A stretch of 64,000 bases of DNA from the NCBI GenBank assembly GCA_963833985.1, contig CAWIAD010000001.1:2816001-2880000 (forward strand). Reading direction: 5' to 3'. The translations under genes were made by a program, and so were the position numbers. Shown here piece by piece: positions 54,490 through 64,000 of the stretch (its first letter is position 1; each line of letters opens with the position of its first letter). This stretch comes from an uncultured Planctomycetaceae bacterium. GTDB taxonomy: Bacteria > Planctomycetota > Planctomycetia > Isosphaerales > Isosphaeraceae. The notes beneath the pieces were generated by a model. That model saw nothing but the letters and a program-made list of their open reading frames with translations. It made no database searches and was not told the DNA's origin.

Positions 54490-56730
54490 TCAGCGGACGA
54501 CCTGCGCCGGGGCGGCCGGCTGGGGGACGGCCGTGGGGGTGGCGGCCGTGACCGGGGTGGCCGCGGCGCTCGCCTGCGTGAGCGTGCCGGGGGCCGCTGT
54601 GGCTGTGGCGGGTGCGGCCGTGAACTGACCTGGCTGCTTCTGCTCCAGCGTCACGCGGACCCAGCCGGAGGGGTCGAGCGGCGAGATCGATGCGATGGCG
54701 AAGTTGCGCAGTTTGAGGTTGTCCAGATTGGCGACGATCGGCTGGTTGCGCAGCCGGACGCCCAGGGCGCTGATGACCAGCGCACCGCTGAAGCGGCTGA
54801 GGTTTGACGGTTTCGATTCATCGTCATTGATGGCCGCGACGTGGGAATCGGTCGAGGGAACGAAGTCCTCGATCCTGGCCCGCAGCCGGTGAGAGCCCGG
54901 CGCGGGCTCTTCCACCTTGTAGGAGAGCGCGATCTCGAGGTGCGGAATCTCCATTCTGAGGATCTTGGCCGGAACCCCGATCATGGACCCGCCCTGGCTC
55001 TGGGGATCCGGCGCGGGCACCTCCAGCCGGAAGTCGCGGATGCTGGCCACCAGGAACCCACGAGCGTCGACGGCGAACTCGGGGGCGTGGGGCGGACGCT
55101 GGATGCGCAGGGCTGTCACTTTCGGGTTGTTGGCCTTGCGCGCCTGGTCCACCTCGCGAGCGTACGCGGGGAAACCGACGTTGCGGGCGATGACCGCGGC
55201 CTGCTGGGGCGGGGTACCCGGCGGCACGTCCTTGGTCACGATGACGAGGTTATCGGTCGACTGAACCTCCTGGCGGTTGAACAGCCCGTCCGCGACACTG
55301 TTGAGCACCGAGGCAAGGTGCACGTCGGCCGTGATTCCCGGCTCGGGAACCGCCAGCGCCGGGGGCTGGGGCGTATCGGCTCCGCGTTGCCGGTCGCCCG
55401 CTTTCGACTGCAATAGACCACCCACGTACACGGCTTCGGGGCGCGACCTCATCTTGACGCCGGAGATGAGGAAATTCTGAAAGGCAATCATGTCATTGCC
55501 GATCAGGAATTTGGAAAGCTCGGCATTGCGCTGCGCCTGCTCGCCGGCGATGCGCTCCTGGGCTTCCTCCTGGGCTTCCTGGGGAATCTGCTGGCGGAAC
55601 CGGCCCACGGCCCCCTCATAGACCTTCTGGTTGATCTTGTTCTGGTTCATGCCGATGAGCCCGGCGACCATTCTTCCAAAGCCGCCACCCGGCTCCGGGG
55701 CAGAGCAGATCGCCGCGTCGACGTTGTGGTTGTAGGCGGGCCAGATCAGGAGCCCGCTGGCACGCAGCAGCGTGTACACGGTGAGCTGGGCATTGTCATA
55801 GCTCGTCGCCGAGAACTCGTAGAGCTTGGCGGCCTTGCGTCCCTGGGGATCTTTTTCGATCTGGCTCTGAAAGTCCGTGATGGGCGTGACGCTGGTGAGG
55901 AGCTGGCTGTTGTAGAACTCGATGCCGTCGTCACTGGGCAGCAGGCCGAAACCGGTCTTGGGGCCGGCAGTCACCTGCGACCAGTAGCCTTTGCGATAAA
56001 CCGGGCCGGAGTGCACAAGGATGGCATCGAACACCGGCTGGACCACGCTGACGTCGGCCGTCACGTCCAGGTTCGGCAGGTTGAACAGGTCGTTGATCGC
56101 GGTCTCGAGCTCCAGAGACGGCTGCCAGGGGCGGGCCTGGTCTTGCTTCCGCAGTGACTGGAGCGCCTCATGGACTTGCTTGAGCGCTTCCTGCTTCTGG
56201 GTGACGGTGGCGGCCGCATGGTAGGCGCGCAGCGCCTGGCCCAGGTCGTTGTCCACGAAATCCACCCAGCGCTGGCGGTTGGCCTGGGCCGATGCATCGG
56301 CAGTCGGAGGCAAGCCGCGGACGGTCTCATCCAGCCGGCGTTCCGCCCAGGCCAGCCGGACTCGGGGACGCATCCAGAGCCGCAGGGCGTCCCGGACCTC
56401 GGCGGCCGGCTGCCAGGGAACCCCGGCCAGTGCGCCGGACATCTGGTAGATGCGGTTCAGCGCGGTGAGGCGGTCGGTCGGGTTATCCGCCCTGGAATAG
56501 GTGCTCAGGTCGTTCAACAGCGCGTCGAAGAAGGCGTTCCATCCAGGAGCATTGGGGTCCGCGGCCGCCCCCGGCCGGGACCAGCCTTGCCGGATCGACG
56601 CGATGGCCTTCTCGACATTCTGGTAAGTGGTGGGCGCCGGAGCAGCCGCACGCGCCGGTCTCGAGCCGCCGAATCCCCATCCCAGCAGCAGTCCAGCGGC
56701 GAGTGTCGCGACAACAGCGAGGCGTTGCAT
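54490..56730 (-). CDS. Secreted hypothetical protein
   Basis: Signal peptide, 746-aa open frame, Ala/Pro/Thr-rich tail. Confidence 0.75.
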   Translation of the reverse strand: MQRLAVVATLAAGLLLGWGFGGSRPARAAAPAPTTYQNVEKAIASIRQGWSRPGAAADPNAPGWNAFFDALLNDLSTYSRADNPTDRLTALNRIYQMSGALAGVPWQPAAEVRDALRLWMRPRVRLAWAERRLDETVRGLPPTADASAQANRQRWVDFVDNDLGQALRAYHAAATVTQKQEALKQVHEALQSLRKQDQARPWQPSLELETAINDLFNLPNLDVTADVSVVQPVFDAILVHSGPVYRKGYWSQVTAGPKTGFGLLPSDDGIEFYNSQLLTSVTPITDFQSQIEKDPQGRKAAKLYEFSATSYDNAQLTVYTLLRASGLLIWPAYNHNVDAAICSAPEPGGGFGRMVAGLIGMNQNKINQKVYEGAVGRFRQQIPQEAQEEAQERIAGEQAQRNAELSKFLIGNDMIAFQNFLISGVKMRSRPEAVYVGGLLQSKAGDRQRGADTPQPPALAVPEPGITADVHLASVLNSVADGLFNRQEVQSTDNLVIVTKDVPPGTPPQQAAVIARNVGFPAYAREVDQARKANNPKVTALRIQRPPHAPEFAVDARGFLVASIRDFRLEVPAPDPQSQGGSMIGVPAKILRMEIPHLEIALSYKVEEPAPGSHRLRARIEDFVPSTDSHVAAINDDESKPSNLSRFSGALVISALGVRLRNQPIVANLDNLKLRNFAIASISPLDPSGWVRVTLEQKQPGQFTAAPATATAAPGTLTQASAAATPVTAATPTAVPQPAAPAQVVR

Positions 56731-57151
56731 TCGTTCTCTCCCTCGGGTGTATTCACCGGTGCCGAGTGATCAGCAGATCACTGTATCGCCCCCGGTGCGG
56801 ACAAGAGTTGACCAATTTTTTCCATCTAGCCTACCAGAACCCGTTCAACTTGCCCATTTAGATGACTGGTGGGGATCGGGAACCCGCGCCTTCGATTCCG
56901 CCTCGGGGGCCGCACGCCGCGCCGGCGGTCCGGCGGGTGCTTGCCTTATTGTCAGGCGGGTGCGGAGAAGGCGCCTCCCCGGGAAGACGGAGGAGAATGG
57001 GACGACAGAAGCCGCGGCCCCGTGATAGAATCAGCCTTCCGGTCCGGGTGCGAGATGGCCCGAGGCTGCCTTTCCGGACGGGCCGGACACCCTTTCGCCG
57101 TGCATTCATCATCTTTTGTTGCCGGGTCGACTCGGGCCGTGGAGATCTTGT

Positions 57152-59212
57152 ATGTTGCAAACACGATACCGTCCCCCCTGGGCAGGCCGAGGGTTTCTTG
57201 TGCTGGGGTGGATGGCCTTGATGCCGCTCCTGGTGGTGCTCGGACCGGGCTGTGGGTCCCAGGAGGCCCCGGGGGCTTCAGCGGGTCGGCCCGCGGCCGC
57301 GAAGGCCACCGGCAAGCGTCCCGGCCAGGATTCCAGTCCCGGCAGCAAACCTCAGGCCAAGATCATTTCCACCATCGAGGGTGACCGCATGTCGGTGGTC
57401 TCCGCGCCGGTGGTGCTCACCAAGCAGGCCGAGCCCAGCCCCTTTCGCTTCGCCGAGATCTCTGAAGCAGCGGGAGTCGACTTCGTTCACTTCTCGGGAA
57501 TGACAGTGGAAAAGTATTTCCCGACGGCGAACGGCTCGGGCCTGGCCGTCTTCGATGCCGACAACGACGGTCTGCTGGATCTGTACTTCGGGTCGGCCAC
57601 ATTGCTCCCTCTGGGCACCGCCGAGAAGGGCCCGAACCGGTTCTACAAGAACCTGGGAAACGGCAAGTTCCGCGATGAGACCGAGGCATCGGGCCTGGGC
57701 TTCCACGGCTTCTGCCACGGGATCATCGTCGGCGACATCGATAATGACGGCGATCAGGACGTATTCCTGTGCAACTACGGCCCCAACGTGCTCTACCTCA
57801 ACGACGGCAAGGGCCGCTTCAAGGACATCAGCAAGAGCGCGGGGGTTGATGCGCCCAACTGGTCCAGCAGCGGGGCAATGCTCGACTACGACAACGACGG
57901 CGACCTGGACATCTACGTCTCGAATTACGGCCGCTGGCACTATCCCGAAGATCACACCATCGTGGGCGACCGGGAGAAGAAGATCTTCCTCTATTCCTCG
58001 CCCAGAACCATCAAGACGGTGAAGCACTTCTTCTATCGCAACAATGGCAACCTGACCTTCACCGATGTTTACGACAAGGTGATCACGGTCGAGAAGGACG
58101 TGGTCACGGGTCAGAAGGAAGTGGTCGACACCAAGACCGGGGCCAAGACGACCGTCGAGGTCAAGGAGCGCAAGCGGGTGGTGAACCCCCGGAGCGACGG
58201 CCACGGCTTCGGCGTCGTCGCCGCGGACCTGAACAACGACGGCCTGATCGACCTTTATGTCGCCAACGACATGAACCCCAACTTCCTCTTCCTGAACCGT
58301 GGCGACGGCACATTCGACGATGTTTCCGAGGCCTCGGGCGCTGCGTTCGACAACAACGGCATGGCGCAGTCGGGCATGGGCGTCGATGCCGAGGACGTGG
58401 ACGGCGACGGCCTCCCGGAACTGGTCTGCACCAATTTTGCCAACGAGTACGACACCCTTTACATGAATTTCAGCAAGGGACTGTTCTACGACAACACGGC
58501 CTTCTTCGGCATGGCGTCGGACACCATGCCCTTCGTGAAGTGGGGCACGGGGCTGGTGGACCTGGACAACGATGGCTGGCCGGACAACTTCGTCTCCACG
58601 GGACACGTGGACGACAACCGCCGGCAGCTTGGCCAGCCCGTCGATTATGAGCAGATTCCGCTGCTCTTCCGGAACCTGGGAGGCAAGCGGTTCAAGCTCT
58701 CCACACGCGAGGCCGGGCCCTATTTTGACACCACGCACGTGGGCCGGGGCGTTGCCTTCGGCGACCTGGACAATGACGGCGATATCGACATCGTCGTCAA
58801 CGAGAAGGACCGGCACGCCGCGGTGCTCCGCAATGACACGCCCACCAGCAACCACTGGATCCGCCTGGTTCTCGAGGGGACCAGAAGCAATCGCGACGCG
58901 GTGGGCGGGCGCGTCGAGGTGGATACCGGCGAACGCGTGATCCACCGCCAGCGCAAGGGCGGGGTCAGTCTGGAATCGGCCAGCGACCCGCGGCTCCTGA
59001 TTGGCGTCGGAGAGGTCCCCGTACTGAAGAAGATCACCATTCGCTGGCCGTCAGGACACGTGACCACGCAGGAAAACGTCAAGACGGACCAGGAATATAA
59101 GATTCGAGAGCCGGTGGACGGCGTGGTGAAGAACGTCGTGCCAGAATCTCCGCGGCCCGCCCTGGAAACCACCAAGCCGGCCCCGGGGAAGCACGCCGAT
59201 CCGCCGAAGTGA
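57152..59212 (+). CDS. CRTAC1-like FG-GAP / ASPIC-UnbV lipoprotein
   Basis: Lipobox GPGC; many DxDNDGxxD repeats; SNRDAVG, LIGVG, IRWPSG. Confidence 0.92.
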   Translation: MLQTRYRPPWAGRGFLVLGWMALMPLLVVLGPGCGSQEAPGASAGRPAAAKATGKRPGQDSSPGSKPQAKIISTIEGDRMSVVSAPVVLTKQAEPSPFRFAEISEAAGVDFVHFSGMTVEKYFPTANGSGLAVFDADNDGLLDLYFGSATLLPLGTAEKGPNRFYKNLGNGKFRDETEASGLGFHGFCHGIIVGDIDNDGDQDVFLCNYGPNVLYLNDGKGRFKDISKSAGVDAPNWSSSGAMLDYDNDGDLDIYVSNYGRWHYPEDHTIVGDREKKIFLYSSPRTIKTVKHFFYRNNGNLTFTDVYDKVITVEKDVVTGQKEVVDTKTGAKTTVEVKERKRVVNPRSDGHGFGVVAADLNNDGLIDLYVANDMNPNFLFLNRGDGTFDDVSEASGAAFDNNGMAQSGMGVDAEDVDGDGLPELVCTNFANEYDTLYMNFSKGLFYDNTAFFGMASDTMPFVKWGTGLVDLDNDGWPDNFVSTGHVDDNRRQLGQPVDYEQIPLLFRNLGGKRFKLSTREAGPYFDTTHVGRGVAFGDLDNDGDIDIVVNEKDRHAAVLRNDTPTSNHWIRLVLEGTRSNRDAVGGRVEVDTGERVIHRQRKGGVSLESASDPRLLIGVGEVPVLKKITIRWPSGHVTTQENVKTDQEYKIREPVDGVVKNVVPESPRPALETTKPAPGKHADPPK

Positions 59213-59340
59213 GCTGCGCTCCGGCGGCAGGCGGCAGGCGGCCGCGGCAGGCAGGGCCAATAATCGGTTCGCGATCACGAATAACCCTGGTGGAGCCGGT
59301 GAGTGCTCCGTGATGACAGGGTCTTGTGATCGAGGGCACG

Positions 59341-60105
59341 ATGAAAACGGCATCGCCGACGGATCGCTTCTGGAAGCGGATGTCCGCCAAGAGCACCCTG
59401 GAAAGCGAATGGCCCACCGTGCGGTTCGCGGCCATCGGCGAAGCCTGGAGGCTCTACCGCCAGCACTGGAAAACCTGGTCCCTGGCGATGTTGCTTGCCT
59501 GGTTCGGAACCACGATCATCGGGGGCGCCGGGGCCGTCATGCTGCACGTGACGTCACTCGGCTTCATGGGCGGGCTGCTGGGGCTCGGAGAGCCGCGACT
59601 CCCCTTGCTGCCCACGCTCTCCATGACCGTGGTGGCTGGTTTCTTTCTGGGCGGCATGGTCCGCATGGCCGTCTCTCAGGTGCGCGGCCGCGCCCCACGC
59701 CTTGAAGAACTCTTCAGCGTCACGGACGTCTGGTTCGATCTGCTGCTCGGCTCCGCCCTGTTCGGCTTGGTGCTCTTCATTGGCTGGCACCTCCTGGTCA
59801 TCCCCGCGTTCATCGGCACAGCCCTTCTGATGTTCATGTACCCGCTTGTGGTCGACGCGCGTCTGCCGGCTACCGGAGCCATGATCCGCAGCTTTCACGC
59901 ACTCAAGGCACAGTGGCTTGCCGCCACGGTTGTCCACATGGCCATGCTGGCGCTAACGGGTCTGGGCTTCGCGTTCTTCGGCATTGGGCTGCTGGTGACC
60001 GGCCCGCTCTATGCCCTGAGCATCGCGGTGCTGTACCGGGAAATGTTTTTCAGCCCCACGGCGGTTGGCTGGCAAAAGGATGCCGATCCGTTCCCTGAGT
60101 ACTGA
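59341..60105 (+). CDS. Integral membrane protein
   Basis: Several TM segments; GIGLLVTGP motif. Confidence 0.75.
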   Translation: MKTASPTDRFWKRMSAKSTLESEWPTVRFAAIGEAWRLYRQHWKTWSLAMLLAWFGTTIIGGAGAVMLHVTSLGFMGGLLGLGEPRLPLLPTLSMTVVAGFFLGGMVRMAVSQVRGRAPRLEELFSVTDVWFDLLLGSALFGLVLFIGWHLLVIPAFIGTALLMFMYPLVVDARLPATGAMIRSFHALKAQWLAATVVHMAMLALTGLGFAFFGIGLLVTGPLYALSIAVLYREMFFSPTAVGWQKDADPFPEY

Positions 60106-60230
60106 CTTCTGGCCTATCGATATCGACGCGGTGGGTCGCACGGAATGCCGGCCCACCGCGCTCATGGCCGGTCCTCGAAGGACCCTCTGGCACAGCTCAA
60201 CAGGGCAGGGGAAGCGCTCTCGTCACCCCG

Positions 60231-61355
60231 TCACGGCTGCTCGCGCGGACCGGGCGCGGGGGGAGCGGGCGCCTTCTTGCGCAGGTCTTCATAACTCATG
60301 CCCGAGAAGAACTCGCCGGGGGCGTTGCCCGGGGCGATGCTGGGTGTGGCGGACGCCAGGGCCGGGGCAATCTGGTCCCTCAGGTTGACCAGCTTGGGAT
60401 AGAGTGAGTCATAAACCTGCCGCTGGGCGGGTGAGGTCGCCGGTCCAAATCTCAAGTTGAACGCGTTCATGAACCCAAGCAGGTCCGCAAGCGTGGCCTC
60501 GGGGCGGTTCTCCACGCCGGCCAGAAGCAGCTCGAGCGCCGGGGTCTCCATCAGGGCGATCAGCCCGTGCAGGGCCTTGAGGAACCGGTCCGCCTCGGTG
60601 CGGTCCTTGCTGTTCCTGGGCAGGATCTGGTCGGCTTTCGTTTCGGCCGCGTTGATTGCGGCCAGCATCTTGCCGATCGTCGCCTTGTCGGGCTCCTTGC
60701 CTTCCTCGATCTGCTGGCGCAGCTGCTGCCCCAGGGTCTTGATGGTCTCTCGCTCCTGCGCGAACTCGGGCTTCATCAGCACCGGCGGCGGGCCGCCCTT
60801 GACGAGCTGATGGATGCTCATCGAGATCGCGGCCGTGGCTGACTGGAACGGGATGTTGCGGATGATCTGCCCGCCGATCTTCACCTGGCCTTCCTTGAGT
60901 GCCTTGGTGTACACCCGCGGATCATTGATCTCGTCGAACGCGGCATTCATCGCGTCGCCCCGGTAAATGTCGGCCCGTTCCGGATTGTTGCGCAGCCGGT
61001 TGCGGATCTGATCAGCCGAGAGATTGGTCTGCGCCCGTTCCTTGGCCAGCCGCTCCTGGCGCATGCGGTTGAGATTCATCTGCGAATCCCAGACGTACTG
61101 GTTCCAGCGCATCACCGTGTCGGTGTTGATGGAATTGGCGACGGCGGTCTGCTGGTTGTAATACCCGGCGCCGGCCGCGTACGCACCCAGTCCGCGGGCG
61201 ATGTCGCCCTGGGCCGTCTGCCCGCCCCAGCCGCCCCAGCCGTACCCGCCATAGCCGCCGGGATAGCCCCATTGCGCCTGCGCAGCCGTGCCCTGCGACA
61301 GAGCCAGAGCGAGTGCCAAGACGAGTGTTCCTGCCCTGATGGAGTTTCGAGTCAT
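60231..61355 (-). CDS. Secreted hypothetical protein with Gly/Tyr/Trp-rich N-terminus
   Basis: Signal peptide then GYPGGYGGYGWGGWG. Confidence 0.75.
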   Translation of the reverse strand: MTRNSIRAGTLVLALALALSQGTAAQAQWGYPGGYGGYGWGGWGGQTAQGDIARGLGAYAAGAGYYNQQTAVANSINTDTVMRWNQYVWDSQMNLNRMRQERLAKERAQTNLSADQIRNRLRNNPERADIYRGDAMNAAFDEINDPRVYTKALKEGQVKIGGQIIRNIPFQSATAAISMSIHQLVKGGPPPVLMKPEFAQERETIKTLGQQLRQQIEEGKEPDKATIGKMLAAINAAETKADQILPRNSKDRTEADRFLKALHGLIALMETPALELLLAGVENRPEATLADLLGFMNAFNLRFGPATSPAQRQVYDSLYPKLVNLRDQIAPALASATPSIAPGNAPGEFFSGMSYEDLRKKAPAPPAPGPREQP

Positions 61356-61881
61356 CGCAAGTGCCCCCGGAGGTGGATCGAGACCGCCTCATGGTCAGTC
61401 CGGCGGCGCCGTTGCTGGCTTGCTCTCCGGACCGGAATCATTGATGTGCTTTCAAGATAATTCAACGGCTCCACGGCGGCAAGGAACGGAATGCACAAGC
61501 GGGTCCGCGTGGTGCCGATCGTGCGGAGAATTCGGCCGCCATCCGCCCGGCTCATCCCTTCCGGCCCCCGCTTCCCGCGCTCGCCGCGCAGGCGAACCGG
61601 CACGTCGGGCCGCTTTTGACGCCGCTCTCGCGTCATGAATACCTCTCAATGATGACAACTTGCTCCTCGTTGGGCTTGTGCTTTGCAGCGAATTCTCCGA
61701 AGTGTCCGCCCATGGCGGTCGCACCGGCCGCCATGAAGTCATGCACTCTGACACTGCCGAACGCGAGAACGTTGAGGAAGGGGAGACCGCCTGATGGCTA
61801 CCGAGTCACATGTAACCGCACCGACCGAGTTCCGCGGTCAACGCGGCGAGGTCATGGGCCAACGCGGCGAGGACATGTACC

Positions 61882-62676
61882 ATGGACCACTCTACGAGGC
61901 CGTCCGGAACCGGCCGGGCCACTTCGATGCCGCCGGCAGCGGGCGCGGCTGGTCTGGTATGGAACGCCGCAACGTCAGAAATGTCGGCGAGACGGAGCGG
62001 CGTGGTCTCGGCCCTGGTGGGCGGGTCGCTCGTCCTGCTCGGCCTGACGCGCCGTTCGACCGGGGGCGCGGTCGCGGCGCTGGCCGGCGGTGGAATGATC
62101 TACCGGGCGGCGACCGGGCATTGCCATCTGTATGAGGCCGTCGGGGTCAATACGGCCGTCCAGGGTTCCGGCCGTGACGCCACCCACGCGTCGCAGGTGA
62201 AACTGAGCAGCACCGTCACGATTGGCAAGTCCGCGGAGGAAATCGACCGCCTCTGGCGCCAGCCCGACACGCTGCCGAGGATCATGGCCCACCTTGCCGA
62301 GGTCACTCCCGCGAGCGAGGGCCGCTGGCACTGGAAGGTCGTCGGCCCGCTGGGCATCACCCTGGAGTGGGACACGCACGTCGTCGAGGACCGGCAAGGT
62401 CAAAGCCAGCGCTGGGAGTCCGAGGAAGGTGCCGACCTACCGAACGAGGGATCCATTCGCTACCGATCCGCGCCCGCCGACCGCGGCACCGAAGTGACGC
62501 TTCAGTTCCGCTTTCAGCCTCCCGGCGGGATGCTGGGGGCGGCTGCCGCGCGGCAGTTGCGCATCATCCCCCGCCTGGTGGCCGAGACCAGCCTGCGCTA
62601 CCTGAAAAGCCTGGCCGAAACCGGAGAGATCCCCACGACCGAGCATCAGCCGGCCGCGCGGCCGGGTGGCCGCTAG
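61882..62676 (+). CDS. SRPBCC (cyclase/dehydrase-like) protein with DUF2892-like region; true start may be 61794 via a frameshift
   Basis: [15 protein letters not shown]-like, [29 protein letters not shown]. Confidence 0.8.
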   Translation: MDHSTRPSGTGRATSMPPAAGAAGLVWNAATSEMSARRSGVVSALVGGSLVLLGLTRRSTGGAVAALAGGGMIYRAATGHCHLYEAVGVNTAVQGSGRDATHASQVKLSSTVTIGKSAEEIDRLWRQPDTLPRIMAHLAEVTPASEGRWHWKVVGPLGITLEWDTHVVEDRQGQSQRWESEEGADLPNEGSIRYRSAPADRGTEVTLQFRFQPPGGMLGAAAARQLRIIPRLVAETSLRYLKSLAETGEIPTTEHQPAARPGGR

Positions 62677-62782
62677 CCCGGACCGCGGCTCACCGCCCGC
62701 GCCCGCTTCGTGCCCTGACTCATTCGTGATGTCGAGACCTGGAGACAAGACACGCCCACTCAGTACCGAAAGAGCAACGATC

Positions 62783-63952
62783 ATGAAAGCGATCTGCTGG
62801 CATGGCAAGGGGGACGTCCGCGTGGACAGCGTGGCCGATCCGAAAATCGTCAACCCGCGCGACGCCGTCATCCGCGTGACAAGCACCTGCATCTGCGGCT
62901 CCGACCTTCATCTCTATGACGGCTACATGCCCACGATGGAGCCCGGCGACGTCATCGGCCATGAGCCGATGGGCGTGGTGGAAGAGGTCGGCAAATCCGT
63001 CAAGAACCTCAAGGCGGGCGACCGGGTGGTGGTGCCGTTCACCATCTCGTGCGGCGACTGCTGGTTCTGCAAGCGCGAGCTCTATTCGCTGTGCGACAAC
63101 TCGAACCCGAACGCCGCCCTGGCCGCCGAGGTGATGGGGCAGTCGCCGGCGGGACTCCTGGGCTACTCGCACATGCTGGGGGGCTTTGCCGGTGGGCAGG
63201 CCGAGTACCTGCGCGTGCCCTTCGCCGACGTGGGCCCGATCAAGATTCCCGATGGCATCCCCGACGAGAAGGTCGTCTTCCTCTCGGACATCTTCCCCAC
63301 CGGCTTCATGGCCGCCGAGTATGCCCAGATCGAGCCCGGCGACACCGTGGCCATCTGGGGCTGCGGGCCGGTGGCACAGTTCGCGATCCGCAGCGCCTGG
63401 ATGCTCAAGGCGGGCCGGGTCATCGCCATCGACCGCGTGCCGGAACGCCTGCGCATGGCCGAGCAAGGGAAGGCCGAGACCATCAACTTCGACGAGGTGA
63501 CCGTCTATGACCGCTTGATGGAGATGACCGGCGGCCGCGGTCCGGACCGCTGTATCGACGCCGTGGGTGCGGAGGCCCACGCCGCCGGCAGCTTCGACGC
63601 GGTGCTGGACCGGACCAAGGCGGCCGTGGGCCTGGCCACCGACCGGCCCCACGCCCTGCGCGAGGCCATCATGTGCTGCCGCAAGGGGGGCACGGTCTCC
63701 ATCCCCGGCGTCTACATTGGCTTCCCCGACAAGCTCCCCATGGGCGCCGCCATGAACAAGGGGCTGACGTTCAAGATGGGCCAGACGCACGTGCAGCACT
63801 ACACGAAGCTGCTGCTCAAGAAGATCGAGGAAGGCGCCATCGACCCCTCGTTCGTGATCACCCACCGCTTGCCCCTGGAACAGGCTCCCGAGGCTTACCG
63901 GATGTTCCGCGACAAGAAGGACCAGTGCATCAAGGTGGTCCTCAAGCCGTGA
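62783..63952 (+). CDS. Zinc-dependent alcohol / formaldehyde dehydrogenase family protein
   Basis: [31 protein letters not shown]. Confidence 0.93.
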   Translation: MKAICWHGKGDVRVDSVADPKIVNPRDAVIRVTSTCICGSDLHLYDGYMPTMEPGDVIGHEPMGVVEEVGKSVKNLKAGDRVVVPFTISCGDCWFCKRELYSLCDNSNPNAALAAEVMGQSPAGLLGYSHMLGGFAGGQAEYLRVPFADVGPIKIPDGIPDEKVVFLSDIFPTGFMAAEYAQIEPGDTVAIWGCGPVAQFAIRSAWMLKAGRVIAIDRVPERLRMAEQGKAETINFDEVTVYDRLMEMTGGRGPDRCIDAVGAEAHAAGSFDAVLDRTKAAVGLATDRPHALREAIMCCRKGGTVSIPGVYIGFPDKLPMGAAMNKGLTFKMGQTHVQHYTKLLLKKIEEGAIDPSFVITHRLPLEQAPEAYRMFRDKKDQCIKVVLKP

Positions 63953-64000
63953 CCAGACGCCGGGCGCAAGCCCGGTGGTGGCTCGGCGGCTCCCGCCACG

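Noticed and set aside
45330..58945. Long antisense ORFs (e.g. 45330-47108, 51515-53881, 57278-58945)
   Set aside because: Shadow ORFs expected opposite real genes in high-GC DNA; no motifs.

Overview
GC-rich bacterial DNA, very probably a planctomycete (Isosphaeraceae-like). This is inferred from DUF1553/DUF1501, DUF1559, DUF4058, ASPIC/UnbV, PEP-CTERM and TPR Ser/Thr kinase genes. Most of the window is ordinary metabolic, envelope and regulatory genes, including an upp-pdp-nupC-PNP nucleoside salvage operon, interspersed with many REP-like palindromes. The standout is a three-layer nested element. (1) A group II intron (17550-21558) sits in the loop of a REP-like hairpin. (2) Its reverse transcriptase ORF is split in the conserved PQGxxISP motif by a 2015-bp element encoding a large serine recombinase and a 66-aa ORF. 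(3) The element has perfect 23-bp inverted ends sharing a GATC core. In-silico excision restores an in-frame 432-aa RT and makes a circle with a 42-bp perfect palindromic junction. In that circle the recombinase gains a new C-terminus whose stop codon overlaps the start of the small ORF. Other notable items: a peroxiredoxin-Ser/Thr kinase fusion, an IS5-disrupted HigB/RelE-like toxin in a module flanked by 113-bp direct repeats, a ~210-bp MITE, and a perfect 288-bp intragenic duplication in a TPR kinase. Single-base frameshifts in about 8 unrelated genes suggest sequencing or assembly indel errors, so pseudogene calls are uncertain. All family assignments are from motif recognition by eye; no database searches were run.
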